A DNA stretch of 43,160 bases from Candidatus Saccharimonadota bacterium (lineage in GTDB: Bacteria; Patescibacteriota; Saccharimonadia; Saccharimonadales; SZUA-47). Each line of letters begins with the position of its first letter. The stretch's first letter is position 1. Shown piece by piece: positions 25,436 to 35,455 of this stretch. The notes under the pieces were generated by a model. That model saw nothing but the letters and a program-made list of their open reading frames with translations, was not told the origin of the DNA and did not search any database. The translations under genes and the position numbers were made by a program. The stretch is taken from positions 1 to 43,160 of the forward strand of contig JAYSZA010000004.1 in NCBI GenBank assembly GCA_043727115.1. The letters are read 5' to 3'.

Positions 25436-27439
25436 CTATTGTGTTTTCATTACAAGGTCTTCTAACGCGAAGCCTTTTGTGTTTACTGCGCTTAATAAAT
25501 AATCTGACCCTGCTGTTTCCGCTACGACTTCCCAGTCAATCTGGTTCAATAGTCCAGTTGGTTTAATCTCCAGTACGTCAACACTCTTACCAAAAGTGTC
25601 AATCTCTCCAGGGTCGTCACCATACTTCCATGCTCTGTTTCTGCGGTTTAACGCACCACCATAAAGCCATTGGCCTATGCCTGTTGGTGTGGTAGTGACT
25701 GTGAATGTATCTGAACCCACAGCAGTAGATACACCTCTCCTAGTGAGTCCTGTGGCGTTAGCGGTGATGTTGCCTTTTGGATAAAGTAGCTTGAAGTATT
25801 GATTGCGGATTTTACCCATTAGTAAACCGTCTTCATCCCATTTAAGAGATTCAAAGGCGATACGACTTCTGAAAGGTACGCCGTCATCTTGATGGGTGTT
25901 TGAACCAGCTCGTGTAAATTCAAGAACTACGTTGTTTACGAGTACACAATGATGAGTCGTGCCGTTTGAGTCTTCATAGAGCCACATGTCTTTAGCGGCA
26001 ATAGTCCAGCGAAGAATCCATGCGTTTTTACGTGATTGGTCGAGTATCCATATTTCGTTATTCTCATCAGAGCCAACAGGTAGGCAGAAATACAGTCTAT
26101 CTCTGTATTCAAGCCCTACAGCCTTATGTAACGCTCCTAAGGATATGTTTTCGGTGTCGTCTTCTATAACTTGGTCAACACGGCTTGTGGTTAGGATGTT
26201 TACGATGTTTTGAGATGTTCCGGTACTCTTGAAGTCTTGTCCCGTAGGATATGTGAGTGAATCCCTAGATTTAATCGTGGCTCTAGGTGCATAAGTTCCT
26301 GATTGTCCGTTAGCTTCGTAGACGTTCGGATAGATAATTACTTGATCGCCGACAGTTAGAGTTTCAAATGAAACGTGGAATAGCTTGCCTTTTCCGGCCG
26401 CTCCACGTGCTGACACGGTTATCACTGGGTCACCTTTACCGTTTCGGAATCCGTCAACAAAGTTAAGTTCTGTATCACCGTCTTCGTCTATGGCTACCCA
26501 ACCACCACCGTTATATGGTGAAAAGTCGCCTGTACCTGGTGCTGAATAATAAAGTTCATTGTCTGCGGTTATACCAAATATCTGAGAGTTTTTAGAGTCC
26601 TGATACATCCATACAAATGGTCGCCCCTGTGTAGAATCGCCCTCTGGTGCTATCTTGTATGGGTTTGTTGCCAGTGTTCCGTAATCTATAAATGAGGTGC
26701 TAGGTGCTCCTACGGTATAGAGTTCGTTCTGAGTTTCTGCGACATTTCCGTAATAGACGGTGTATGAAGCTGCGCCAGTGATAGTACTCCACGAAATAGT
26801 GTTATAGTCGGTATTCTCAATCCATGCGTCACGAACTTTACCAGATGTAACAGACATCACAACAGAAGCGATTGATTCTCCTACTTCGTTGTTCGCGGAT
26901 ACACGGTAGTAATGTGTAAACGCCGTACCAGTCATGCCTGATTTCACGACAGAGGATATTGTCGGTGTAACAAGTGAGGTGTATGAAACAATTGAATAAT
27001 CTGTCAGGTCTACATAAGTCAAGTTATCTACACCGTTAAAGATGTAGGCTTTACCTTTTGATTGAACTGACATAGCCCATGCGGTGTCGTCATATGTCCC
27101 ACCAATTGATGTGTATGAACCACCGTCTGTTTGTCGGTATAACTTACCTGTACCGGAATCGTTCATCATCCATAACAGTTGTCTGACTCCACCAACACGT
27201 ATTTTGCTACGTCCTATTACTGGTAGGCTAGGTTGAGTGCCGTATCGTACAAGTGGTGGTCGTGGTCGCCAGATGTTATCTTGGACTAGTTCCATGTTTG
27301 TAGCGTCTGATACGGAGTCAATAGGACGGCGCGAATCATCTATTGTAGATATGTAGGCTTTCGGCCATTTATTCTGGTGGACGTTTACGACTCTACGGGC
27401 TTTACGTGAGTTGCGCTTTTTATCTATTGTGTAGGGCAT
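25436..27439 (-). CDS. Large tail structural protein (tubular/nozzle-like, 667 aa)
   Basis: Size, beta-rich composition and its position after a 291-aa partner resemble a podovirus tubular A/B pair. No motif-level proof. Confidence 0.35.
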   Translation of the reverse strand: MPYTIDKKRNSRKARRVVNVHQNKWPKAYISTIDDSRRPIDSVSDATNMELVQDNIWRPRPPLVRYGTQPSLPVIGRSKIRVGGVRQLLWMMNDSGTGKLYRQTDGGSYTSIGGTYDDTAWAMSVQSKGKAYIFNGVDNLTYVDLTDYSIVSYTSLVTPTISSVVKSGMTGTAFTHYYRVSANNEVGESIASVVMSVTSGKVRDAWIENTDYNTISWSTITGAASYTVYYGNVAETQNELYTVGAPSTSFIDYGTLATNPYKIAPEGDSTQGRPFVWMYQDSKNSQIFGITADNELYYSAPGTGDFSPYNGGGWVAIDEDGDTELNFVDGFRNGKGDPVITVSARGAAGKGKLFHVSFETLTVGDQVIIYPNVYEANGQSGTYAPRATIKSRDSLTYPTGQDFKSTGTSQNIVNILTTSRVDQVIEDDTENISLGALHKAVGLEYRDRLYFCLPVGSDENNEIWILDQSRKNAWILRWTIAAKDMWLYEDSNGTTHHCVLVNNVVLEFTRAGSNTHQDDGVPFRSRIAFESLKWDEDGLLMGKIRNQYFKLLYPKGNITANATGLTRRGVSTAVGSDTFTVTTTPTGIGQWLYGGALNRRNRAWKYGDDPGEIDTFGKSVDVLEIKPTGLLNQIDWEVVAETAGSDYLLSAVNTKGFALEDLVMKTQ

Positions 27440-27443
27440 ACCA

Positions 27444-28319
27444 TTACCTCAACCTACTGTTGTTCAACGGATTGATAGGGTATGGGGTTTTTCGAGGTTT
27501 GCCATGTGTGCCACGCTTGTTCTTACGTGCCATTAGACGGAATAGATTATTTGCTTTAGCGTTTAGGTTAGCTTCTTTGTCTTCATACTGTATGTCGTTT
27601 CCAGCCGCTTCACCTGCAACTGCCATAACTCCCCAATATGGGTCTGGTAGCGGTAGCATGTCGGTAGCAAGAGAAACATCACCAGGCATGTAATAACCAG
27701 CTCTTTGGAGTGTTCCACCTACTATGTTTGCGGTAGAGGATATTGTTTGACTGAACGATAATACTTGAGGATTCATGCCAGACAAGTGAACACTCTGATT
27801 AATGTGGTCATCTTCTTGCGGTTTTGTGAGGTCGAAGTACTCTTTTATGCCGTCTGTTTTAACAACGTAGACTTCATCGCTGAACCCTAAGAATGAACGG
27901 TGCATTGAATAATCTGTAAATGAATCGTCTATTATGATGTTTCGAGTAAACGTCAGACTTGAAGCGGTGGTTGAGAAAGCTACTGTTACGGTTAAGACAG
28001 TATCGCTTGTGATCGTAGCGATAGTGCGGACAGTTTCACCAGACACTAGAATCGTGTCACCTACGTTGTAATCTGTGAAAAACGTACCAGTTCCGGTTAA
28101 TGTCGTAGTTCCAACAGTTGCTACAGTTCCAACTTCAATAGGTGCGCTAGAACGCCACGAAGCACTCCATGTCTTTGTAATATCTTCGTAGAGTTCGTTT
28201 TTCTTACGGTTGAGTATGTTTATCCACTCAGTAGCAACTTCTGAGCCAAATGCAGGTGCAGGACTATCTGTACCATATAGAGCAGTAGCCGTCTGTGTTA
28301 GAAACTCAGAGACTAACAT
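27444..28319 (-). CDS. Virion structural protein (adaptor/tubular-A-like, 291 aa)
   Basis: Its stop lies 5 nt before the next start. The basic C-terminal tail and gene context are the only evidence. Confidence 0.35.
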   Translation of the reverse strand: MLVSEFLTQTATALYGTDSPAPAFGSEVATEWINILNRKKNELYEDITKTWSASWRSSAPIEVGTVATVGTTTLTGTGTFFTDYNVGDTILVSGETVRTIATITSDTVLTVTVAFSTTASSLTFTRNIIIDDSFTDYSMHRSFLGFSDEVYVVKTDGIKEYFDLTKPQEDDHINQSVHLSGMNPQVLSFSQTISSTANIVGGTLQRAGYYMPGDVSLATDMLPLPDPYWGVMAVAGEAAGNDIQYEDKEANLNAKANNLFRLMARKNKRGTHGKPRKTPYPINPLNNSRLR

Positions 28320-28440
28320 CTCTGTTCAGGTATTTGTGTTTTGGGTAGTGTGTTCACCTGCCTGCTCCGTAGAGGTGGCTGGCGAAGCAGATGACCTATT
28401 TATCTATTACTATTATATCACATCAACTATTCTCAAGGAG

Positions 28441-31400
28441 TTAGCTAATCATGGCTTCTCTAGCGAGGTCGGAAAGGCGTTTGTTTGTCGAACTGAGACT
28501 GCCGAGGAAGTCGAATAGTTTGTAGTCCTTTGGTTTTTCTCGCTTTGCGCCACGTTTACCACCATACTTTTTGATGTAACCATTCTCTGCATACTTTTCA
28601 GACTCTTGATCTAGGTCTAATAATTGCTTATTGACAGCGTCTATTTTGTCAAACTCTGTATCGGTATCATAGCTATCTCGTTTTGCGACAAGAGCGTTAT
28701 ATTTCTTCTCAGCAGTAGCGTTCCAAGTATCTAGATCATTATTTGCTTTTGCTTTGTCTAGTTCGATAGAAACGCCCTGCATGTCTTTGTCGAACTTGAA
28801 CTCGACTTTAGATTTAGTCGTATAACCCTGTTCGTTGTCGTCAGACTTGAGGTACATTACACCTTCTATTTCTTTGGTCTTTTCACCACTAGAAACGAAG
28901 TCGTCAATCTTGGTTTGTTTTTCCTGCTTCTTAACGGCTTTATCGTAGAGTTCTTTAGTATCAAATGTTTTTACTTCACCATCGATGTTAGCATAAACTT
29001 TACCGTCAGAATCAACTTTGAACTCTGAGTTGCTAGTGTCTGCTACACCTGTCTTTTTATCCGTCTTTAAACTATCTTTCATAGCTTTTTCAGATTTTTC
29101 CTGTGCCTTGTACTCGTCACGGATAGTATCTAGTTTAGAAGTACCTCTATTGTCAGTAACTTTTATAGGACTAAACGCATTGAGTACAGGATTGTTGGAT
29201 GGTATAGGTGTACCCTCGTAATCTCTTGTGCCTGTCTTCTGTCGTAAGAATGGGTACTGTTGCATAAGTGCTTGAACCTGCTTGTCTATTTCACCAGCAA
29301 CGCCCTCTTTATCCGACTTGATACGACGTTCTGTGTTGTCTGACATTCTAGCTATCCAGCCTGTTAGCGCCCTAAATGGTATGAGCTGTTGTGGGTAGTT
29401 TGCGACTGCCTGAACGGTTTTGTCTGGGTCGCCCTTAAAAGCGTTTAGAGTGTCACCGATGTTTTTAGCGTATGACTGGTCGCTTAAGAACTGACCATAC
29501 TTAGCAATACCTTCAAATATCTTTGAGCCTGTTTCTTCTGTCATGTCACCTTTTGACACAGCATCGTGTATACCTGCTGTAAGAGCCATAGGATATGAGA
29601 AAGCCGGTGGCAGTTTGTTAAACGCCACCCACTTACCACCAATACGAATAGCGTATGGTTGTTTGCCCTCTGCTCGGAATCTATCTCTTGCATCTGCGTT
29701 TGTGGGTTCACCCCATGTCATATCACCAGATGCAATCATTGAAGCTGCCGTACCAAATACTGCTGTTCCAATCGCCATTCTCGTAAGAGCTGTAGCTTTA
29801 TCAGCGTTACCTATTACATTAACTGCACCAAGTGGGCTAAACTCAATTCCCTGTTTTAGAATGTTTGACGGTGTTTTAACAAATGGGAATACGAACTTAA
29901 ATACCATGTGTTTATTACGCAACTGCATGATTGAGTTGGTAACGCTGTCTACAGTACTTAGTATTACGCCCTGTCCTTTTAAGTCAGTGTCTTGCTGGTA
30001 CAGGCGGTATGAACCTTCTGCCTCTGCAAGGGCTTTAACATCACCTTTGACTTTAATGCCTTTGCTCTGGCGTAGCTTGAGTGCGTTTTCTTCGCCTGAT
30101 TCTGCCAGTGTACGGAAGAACTTGTCTGATGCACCTAGTAGTTTAGTAGGTACGGACAGTGTCTTATAGGTAGCGCCTGAAACACCCTTAGTTGCTAGTG
30201 GTGTTGAATACTCGTTTAAGTCTAAGTTCTGAATTTGAGACTTACCGCTTAACACGCTCATAAACTCATCGGCTGCTTTCTTTATGCTTCTAGCGCTACC
30301 AGTCATATATGCAACACCCTCACCAGCAGCATATCTGCGTTCTTTACCAAATAGTCCACCTACTGCATCTGAAACACCTCTGAGCGTCTTTTCTAGTGGC
30401 GCTACAACTCCGACGTTTATAGAGTTGCTCATAGCGTTGACTGCATGTGTAAGAGGACTTGATAGCATTGAGTTGTATCTGACAACATCTATCCAGTCTT
30501 TGCCTTTAGCTGGCACTAGGTCGCGGTATGCTTCAATGACTTGTTTAGGGTCGTTGAAGTCTACATCCCTGAGTCTGTTCACGTATGTTTCAGGATTGAT
30601 ACCAGCAGTATCTAGTAGCTTAAATATACGCTGCTGTGGTGTATCTAGCTGGTTAGCTATGATTCTTCTAGCCTGTAACTGTTGGCCAAGTTCTGAACCT
30701 TGTGCTCTACTTATACGTCCAGCTTCGGCAGCTTTCATCATTGACTGCTCAGCCATGTCTAAATCACCAGCTTTACGTGCTACTTCGGCTTCGTTCATGT
30801 AGCGAACTGCATCTTGACGGACATTTAGCTGTTCAGCTATCTTCTTCTTAATTTGTACTGGTGAGTGTGTAACCGTATCAATACCAGCATCTTTGGCTAG
30901 ACTCTGAATGTCCTTGTTGCTTAACGTGTCTACTATTTCACTAGTGCGCTTATTCATTTCAGCTAACCCTGAATAACCGCTATCAGGATTTAATCTGTCG
31001 GTGTTAAGCTTTACTTCTCTGGTATTAGTGGTATTATTAGCTAATGACTGAGGAGCTTTACTCGTTTGGTTTTCTAATTGTGTTTTTCCTATTTGTTGCA
31101 TTTCTTGATTGGGTACTTGACCGGAACTACGAGGAGAAGAAACAGAAAGCCCAGGAGAAGTGGTTAACGAAGAATCTGAAACAGTAGGCTTTATCTTAGT
31201 ACTTCTACCTTCTAATGCGTCTTGAATAGTAGGTTTCTTCTGTACTGGTGGGGAGGGTTGGGATTTGGGTGCTTGAAATGCTTTTTTATCTATTACGATA
31301 GTTTCTGAACGTACACCATCTACGTCGCTTATTGTTCTAGGTACGGTAATAGTTGTATAGCCCTTTGAAGCTAGATACTTATGTATACCTGGGGTGTCTT

Positions 31401-32988
31401 CAATTATTGTGTTGTTTGGCACACCTCTAACGAATTGGTTTTCAAACACTCTTTTCTCACGCTCGGTGAGTAGTTTTGTGGTTTTGTATTCTGCAAACTC
31501 AGGTGCAACGATATTATCTTGCGCCCATCCAGGAGTTGTTTCTACGCCAATATCTTTCACGTCTAGGTGTTTACCGTAAAGTCGCTCCTCTATTACGTTT
31601 TCGCCAAAGTTCTTAGCTATCTCAGGGTTCTCCGTAACGTACACCCTATTACGCCCAGACTTGCCTACTCCACTACCAGCTTGTAAATCAGCAAGCGACT
31701 TCAAGTCTTTGTTACTAGTACCGTGATAGAAAACTTTACCAGTGTCAGCCTCTTGCTTTAGGGATTCTAGGGGGTTAGTATCAGGAGCGTCTGGGCGTAC
31801 ATCTCTACCAACTGCACCAACACCTTGAAGTTCTCGAACTCTAGCGTTACGTTGACGGATGTATTCTAATCCCTCTTGACGGTAGTTTTCTTTGAGTTTT
31901 CCTGTGGCTGTAGCCATACGCTGAACTGTGTTATCAATATTGCTTTCAAGACTTTGAACTACTTTGTCTTGTTTGGCTACTATGCGGTTAGGTGTTACTT
32001 TACCAGCAGTATTAACGAGTTTAGTCTGAACTACAGGGTCTTTGAGTTTATTGATTCCTGCACCGCCAATAGTAGGCACAGTTCCTAGAACTGCGTTAGC
32101 ACCTGCGTCACCTAGTACTGTTAGGGGGTCTACTCTGCCTGTTTGAGCGTATTGTCTTGCAACTGACTCGACTGAACCAAGCCCAGCGTCTACACCAGCG
32201 TTTGCTACTAGTCTAGTAGATAGCCTTGCGCCTTTCATAGGGTTAATCTTAAACGGTAGAATTTCTGCGGCAGTACCGGCAGTAGTTAGCCCAATTCGTT
32301 TAGCGATTTCTGCGTTACCGAGATTAGTCATTTCGTCGGGGTTATCGTAGATTGTTCCAGCACCAAGTAGGCCACTATCGGGTTGGCCTACATACTCACG
32401 CATGTTGCGTTGTCGGTCTAATGATGCGCTTAGAGCGTCTTGATTGCCCGTAATTTGAGCAGCGACACCTCTATTCGTTTCAATCCCTGCGTTGATTCCA
32501 TAGGCTGCCGTGTTTAAGAATCTAGAGGTATTACCAACTACTTGCGCACCGAGGTTCTCATAAGGTCGTTTGTTCCCCATAGCTATTTGCTGGTCACGGT
32601 ACATTTCAGGTTGACCCTGTAATAATCTGGCCTGCTTGTCTATATCAGTGTTGGAATCAAACACATTACGCACCACGCTGTTCGGAGTCATACGTGTTGG
32701 CTTATATGTATGAATACGACTCTGTGGTGTGTTTGTTCCGAATATCTCATTAGACTTTTGCTGGTACTGGTTGCGGTCTATGCGTCCATTAGCTAAAGCC
32801 TGCTGGTTTACCTGGTTCTGGTAGCGCTGGGTATTTTGCAACGCTACATCATTCTCTTGCTTCTTACGCAAGGTCTGAGCTACTTTTGCTTCACGGTCTT
32901 TTCGGACAGTTTGAGCAGTTCTACCACCGTCTCTGAAATTGACTTGAGCGACGGCTTCTTTTGCAAAGTCTTTAAGGCTGAAACCCAT
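28441..32988 (-). CDS. Giant (1515 aa) polyvalent internal virion / ejection protein with an ART-like module
   Basis: Strong SD 'AAGGAGG'. It has a Q/N-rich N-terminus, a 'VFYHGTS...RVYVTENPEIA' module (aa ~415-571), an S/P/Q-rich linker, a large alpha-rich core and a K/E/D-rich tail. Confidence 0.6.
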   Translation of the reverse strand: MGFSLKDFAKEAVAQVNFRDGGRTAQTVRKDREAKVAQTLRKKQENDVALQNTQRYQNQVNQQALANGRIDRNQYQQKSNEIFGTNTPQSRIHTYKPTRMTPNSVVRNVFDSNTDIDKQARLLQGQPEMYRDQQIAMGNKRPYENLGAQVVGNTSRFLNTAAYGINAGIETNRGVAAQITGNQDALSASLDRQRNMREYVGQPDSGLLGAGTIYDNPDEMTNLGNAEIAKRIGLTTAGTAAEILPFKINPMKGARLSTRLVANAGVDAGLGSVESVARQYAQTGRVDPLTVLGDAGANAVLGTVPTIGGAGINKLKDPVVQTKLVNTAGKVTPNRIVAKQDKVVQSLESNIDNTVQRMATATGKLKENYRQEGLEYIRQRNARVRELQGVGAVGRDVRPDAPDTNPLESLKQEADTGKVFYHGTSNKDLKSLADLQAGSGVGKSGRNRVYVTENPEIAKNFGENVIEERLYGKHLDVKDIGVETTPGWAQDNIVAPEFAEYKTTKLLTEREKRVFENQFVRGVPNNTIIEDTPGIHKYLASKGYTTITVPRTISDVDGVRSETIVIDKKAFQAPKSQPSPPVQKKPTIQDALEGRSTKIKPTVSDSSLTTSPGLSVSSPRSSGQVPNQEMQQIGKTQLENQTSKAPQSLANNTTNTREVKLNTDRLNPDSGYSGLAEMNKRTSEIVDTLSNKDIQSLAKDAGIDTVTHSPVQIKKKIAEQLNVRQDAVRYMNEAEVARKAGDLDMAEQSMMKAAEAGRISRAQGSELGQQLQARRIIANQLDTPQQRIFKLLDTAGINPETYVNRLRDVDFNDPKQVIEAYRDLVPAKGKDWIDVVRYNSMLSSPLTHAVNAMSNSINVGVVAPLEKTLRGVSDAVGGLFGKERRYAAGEGVAYMTGSARSIKKAADEFMSVLSGKSQIQNLDLNEYSTPLATKGVSGATYKTLSVPTKLLGASDKFFRTLAESGEENALKLRQSKGIKVKGDVKALAEAEGSYRLYQQDTDLKGQGVILSTVDSVTNSIMQLRNKHMVFKFVFPFVKTPSNILKQGIEFSPLGAVNVIGNADKATALTRMAIGTAVFGTAASMIASGDMTWGEPTNADARDRFRAEGKQPYAIRIGGKWVAFNKLPPAFSYPMALTAGIHDAVSKGDMTEETGSKIFEGIAKYGQFLSDQSYAKNIGDTLNAFKGDPDKTVQAVANYPQQLIPFRALTGWIARMSDNTERRIKSDKEGVAGEIDKQVQALMQQYPFLRQKTGTRDYEGTPIPSNNPVLNAFSPIKVTDNRGTSKLDTIRDEYKAQEKSEKAMKDSLKTDKKTGVADTSNSEFKVDSDGKVYANIDGEVKTFDTKELYDKAVKKQEKQTKIDDFVSSGEKTKEIEGVMYLKSDDNEQGYTTKSKVEFKFDKDMQGVSIELDKAKANNDLDTWNATAEKKYNALVAKRDSYDTDTEFDKIDAVNKQLLDLDQESEKYAENGYIKKYGGKRGAKREKPKDYKLFDFLGSLSSTNKRLSDLAREAMIS

Positions 32989-33000
32989 GATTGAGCCTCC

Positions 33001-34122
33001 TTAAAGTACTCTTAGTTCTTCTTCGTCTTTAGGTCGTATGTATGGTGCAAGTTGCTGTTGAGCCTGATTCTGACCACCACTTATGTTCTTACGGTTTACG
33101 ATGTAATCTCTTAGGCTAACTTGTCGGTCTTGTACAGGGGCTACAGATAGTTGAGGTGTGCGGAATTGTTCAAATAGTCCGTCAATACGTGAATTACCCT
33201 CATTAACAGCGTTTAGATATGGCTGTTGTGCTGCGGTTTGCTGAGAGAATCCACCACCTTGAAGTGAAGACCGCTGTCGAGCTATTTCTGCAAGTCGTTC
33301 GTTTACTGATTGCTTTTCTTGCTCTACACCAGTTCTAAGCTGTTGTTCTTTGCTACCTTTTTGAATGTCTAGATCACGCATGAATCGTGTGAAGTCATCT
33401 TCGGTATCTTTACGTGCAAGGTCGATTCCACGGAAGTTCTGACCAAAGCTTTCTAATACGTTTGTTCTGTCACCAGAGGCTTCACGTGCTACAGCGTTGT
33501 CTGCTACACCTAGTGCAGATGAGTTACCTGCTGCGAGTCCTAGTCGTCTACGAACACTGTTAGATAGGGTACGTGCGTTATCATTGACACGGTTAATAGC
33601 CTGGTCTTTGCCACGCTCTGTATCTTGCTGTTTGATTCCGAAGTCTCTAGTTCTTCGTGATTGGTCAGTGTCAGCGTCGCCCTTGGTACGGTTGTATGTG
33701 TCTGTGAGGTTAGATAGCCCTTGATTTAGGGTTGTGTCTGCACGACCAAAAAGTTGTCGAAGTAGACCTTCTTGCTGGTCTAGGTATGCTCGCTCTTCTG
33801 CAGTATCATCTACGGCTGGTGCTGTGTCTGAACCTGAGCCGGAAGTGCTTGAATTGGTATCATTCCATGATTGAACTTGGGGAGTTCTGCCTGCCGACCA
33901 GTTATTGTATTCGTTAGTAGTCCAATTTACTTGAGCATCTCTTTCGGATGTTCTATCGCCTGTTGGTGAATCGTAATATGAATTAAGACGGTTAGGGTCG
34001 TACCCACCGTCATTGCCTACGTCTATATCTAATGCTCTCTGTGCGTTTGGGTCTAGTCCACCTGGGCTACTTGCCCTTGCTGCTAAATATCCTCTAAAGT
34101 CGTCGTTTCCTATATATGCCAT
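33001..34122 (-). CDS. Internal virion protein candidate (373 aa, D/N/Q/R-rich)
   Basis: Low-complexity polar composition, SD 'AAGGAGAG', directly upstream of the giant protein gene. Confidence 0.4.
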   Translation of the reverse strand: MAYIGNDDFRGYLAARASSPGGLDPNAQRALDIDVGNDGGYDPNRLNSYYDSPTGDRTSERDAQVNWTTNEYNNWSAGRTPQVQSWNDTNSSTSGSGSDTAPAVDDTAEERAYLDQQEGLLRQLFGRADTTLNQGLSNLTDTYNRTKGDADTDQSRRTRDFGIKQQDTERGKDQAINRVNDNARTLSNSVRRRLGLAAGNSSALGVADNAVAREASGDRTNVLESFGQNFRGIDLARKDTEDDFTRFMRDLDIQKGSKEQQLRTGVEQEKQSVNERLAEIARQRSSLQGGGFSQQTAAQQPYLNAVNEGNSRIDGLFEQFRTPQLSVAPVQDRQVSLRDYIVNRKNISGGQNQAQQQLAPYIRPKDEEELRVL

Positions 34123-34161
34123 TTTGTCTCTCCTTGAGAAGTAAGGAGAGAACGAGAAAAA

Positions 34162-34692
34162 CTAGTTTATAGAAATATAGTGACCAACATATGAATATTG
34201 ACCGTCATCGGTACAGATACCAAATCCTACATCTTCAAACACGTTACCTATGACAGTTTGCATATGAGTTTCGCTCTTCATCCATCCTTCCACAGCGCTA
34301 ATGTCGCTAGTGTAGTTAATGGCTAGAATCTCTGAGGCCTCCTGATATTGAATACCTTGACTCACGATATAGTCTTTGGGTGTTAGACCGTTTTTAAGTA
34401 TGTGATTCCAGTCATCAGTTATTGCCATGTCCTCACACTTTTTCTGTGCTGATTGAATCAGTCGCTCATCTAGCATCAAAGGTTTAACACCAACTTTTTC
34501 ACGTTCTGCATTGGTTAGCTCCAACAATCTTTCAACCGTGGGCTTCTCAGGCTGTTCTACAGGCTTTTCCTCAACAACTGGTACTTGTACCGACTCAGTA
34601 GCTAAAACAGGCTCAGCAGGCTCATCTGTTGGTCTGAATAGGAATATGCCTATTGCAAGGGCTAGGATTGGTAGGAGTAGTAATTTTTTCAT
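34162..34692 (-). CDS. Secreted CAP/SCP (YkwD-like) domain protein, prophage-encoded
   Basis: Signal peptide 'MKKLLLLPILALAIGIF', then 'LTNAEREKVGVKPL' and 'GWMKSETHMQTVIG' CAP motifs. Confidence 0.65.
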   Translation of the reverse strand: MKKLLLLPILALAIGIFLFRPTDEPAEPVLATESVQVPVVEEKPVEQPEKPTVERLLELTNAEREKVGVKPLMLDERLIQSAQKKCEDMAITDDWNHILKNGLTPKDYIVSQGIQYQEASEILAINYTSDISAVEGWMKSETHMQTVIGNVFEDVGFGICTDDGQYSYVGHYISIN

Positions 34693-34740
34693 ACTATACT
34701 ACTATTATACACTACTTGTCAATAGGAGTATAATTCACAC

Positions 34741-35199
34741 ATGAGCACATTTGATCGAGTGTGGAATTTTTTAGTTGCTACAGTAACTATTATCTTATCT
34801 TGTTTCGGCATGTTTGTGTGGTGGCCAAATTATCAGAATACTATTACTGAATGTAACAAATCTCTTATAGATTATGAATCCACTACCAAAAATAACGCAT
34901 CTCTATATTCTTATGAGGGGTACACAGAAGATGGCTCATATGGTGAATTAGAGAAGTGCTACACTCGCTCTGGCAATCTTGCTACAGAAACCGTTGTAAA
35001 GAATCCGGTAGACGAAGTTGAAGTAGTTGGTACGAAAGTAGATGTCGCTCCAATATCTCTCTTCTCAAGATTTGATCAAGAAGAAGAGGAAGAATATCTT
35101 TGTGAAGGCTATCCTACTGTATGCGATGACGGTTCTTGTTCATACAGTACCGGACGCGGTACATGCTCATGGCATGGTGGCGTTTGGTACTATAACTAG
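34741..35199 (+). CDS. Membrane-anchored DUF3761-like protein
   Basis: N-terminal TM helix. The C-terminal 'CDDGSCSYSTGRGTCSWHGGVWYY' matches the DUF3761 signature. It runs in the opposite orientation to the structural genes. Confidence 0.55.
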   Translation: MSTFDRVWNFLVATVTIILSCFGMFVWWPNYQNTITECNKSLIDYESTTKNNASLYSYEGYTEDGSYGELEKCYTRSGNLATETVVKNPVDEVEVVGTKVDVAPISLFSRFDQEEEEEYLCEGYPTVCDDGSCSYSTGRGTCSWHGGVWYYN

Positions 35200-35455
35200 T
35201 TTTCTCGTTCTCTCACTTGTTAATTGTGTTATTCAATATGAAAATCATCACTCTTGATGAGTTCTAACTAAATAGCTCCCGTTTGTTTATCCACGTAGAT
35301 TGTGGCTTTCACTTGGCTTGCGAAGAAGAGTATAAGTGTTTTCTTGCTATAAAGAGGCTTGCGAAGAAGATGTCTATACTATTAATTATAGCATATTACT
35401 TGAGCGCTATGAATACCGCTGGTATTTCAAAGCAAACTGTGGTACTATTGTAAGT

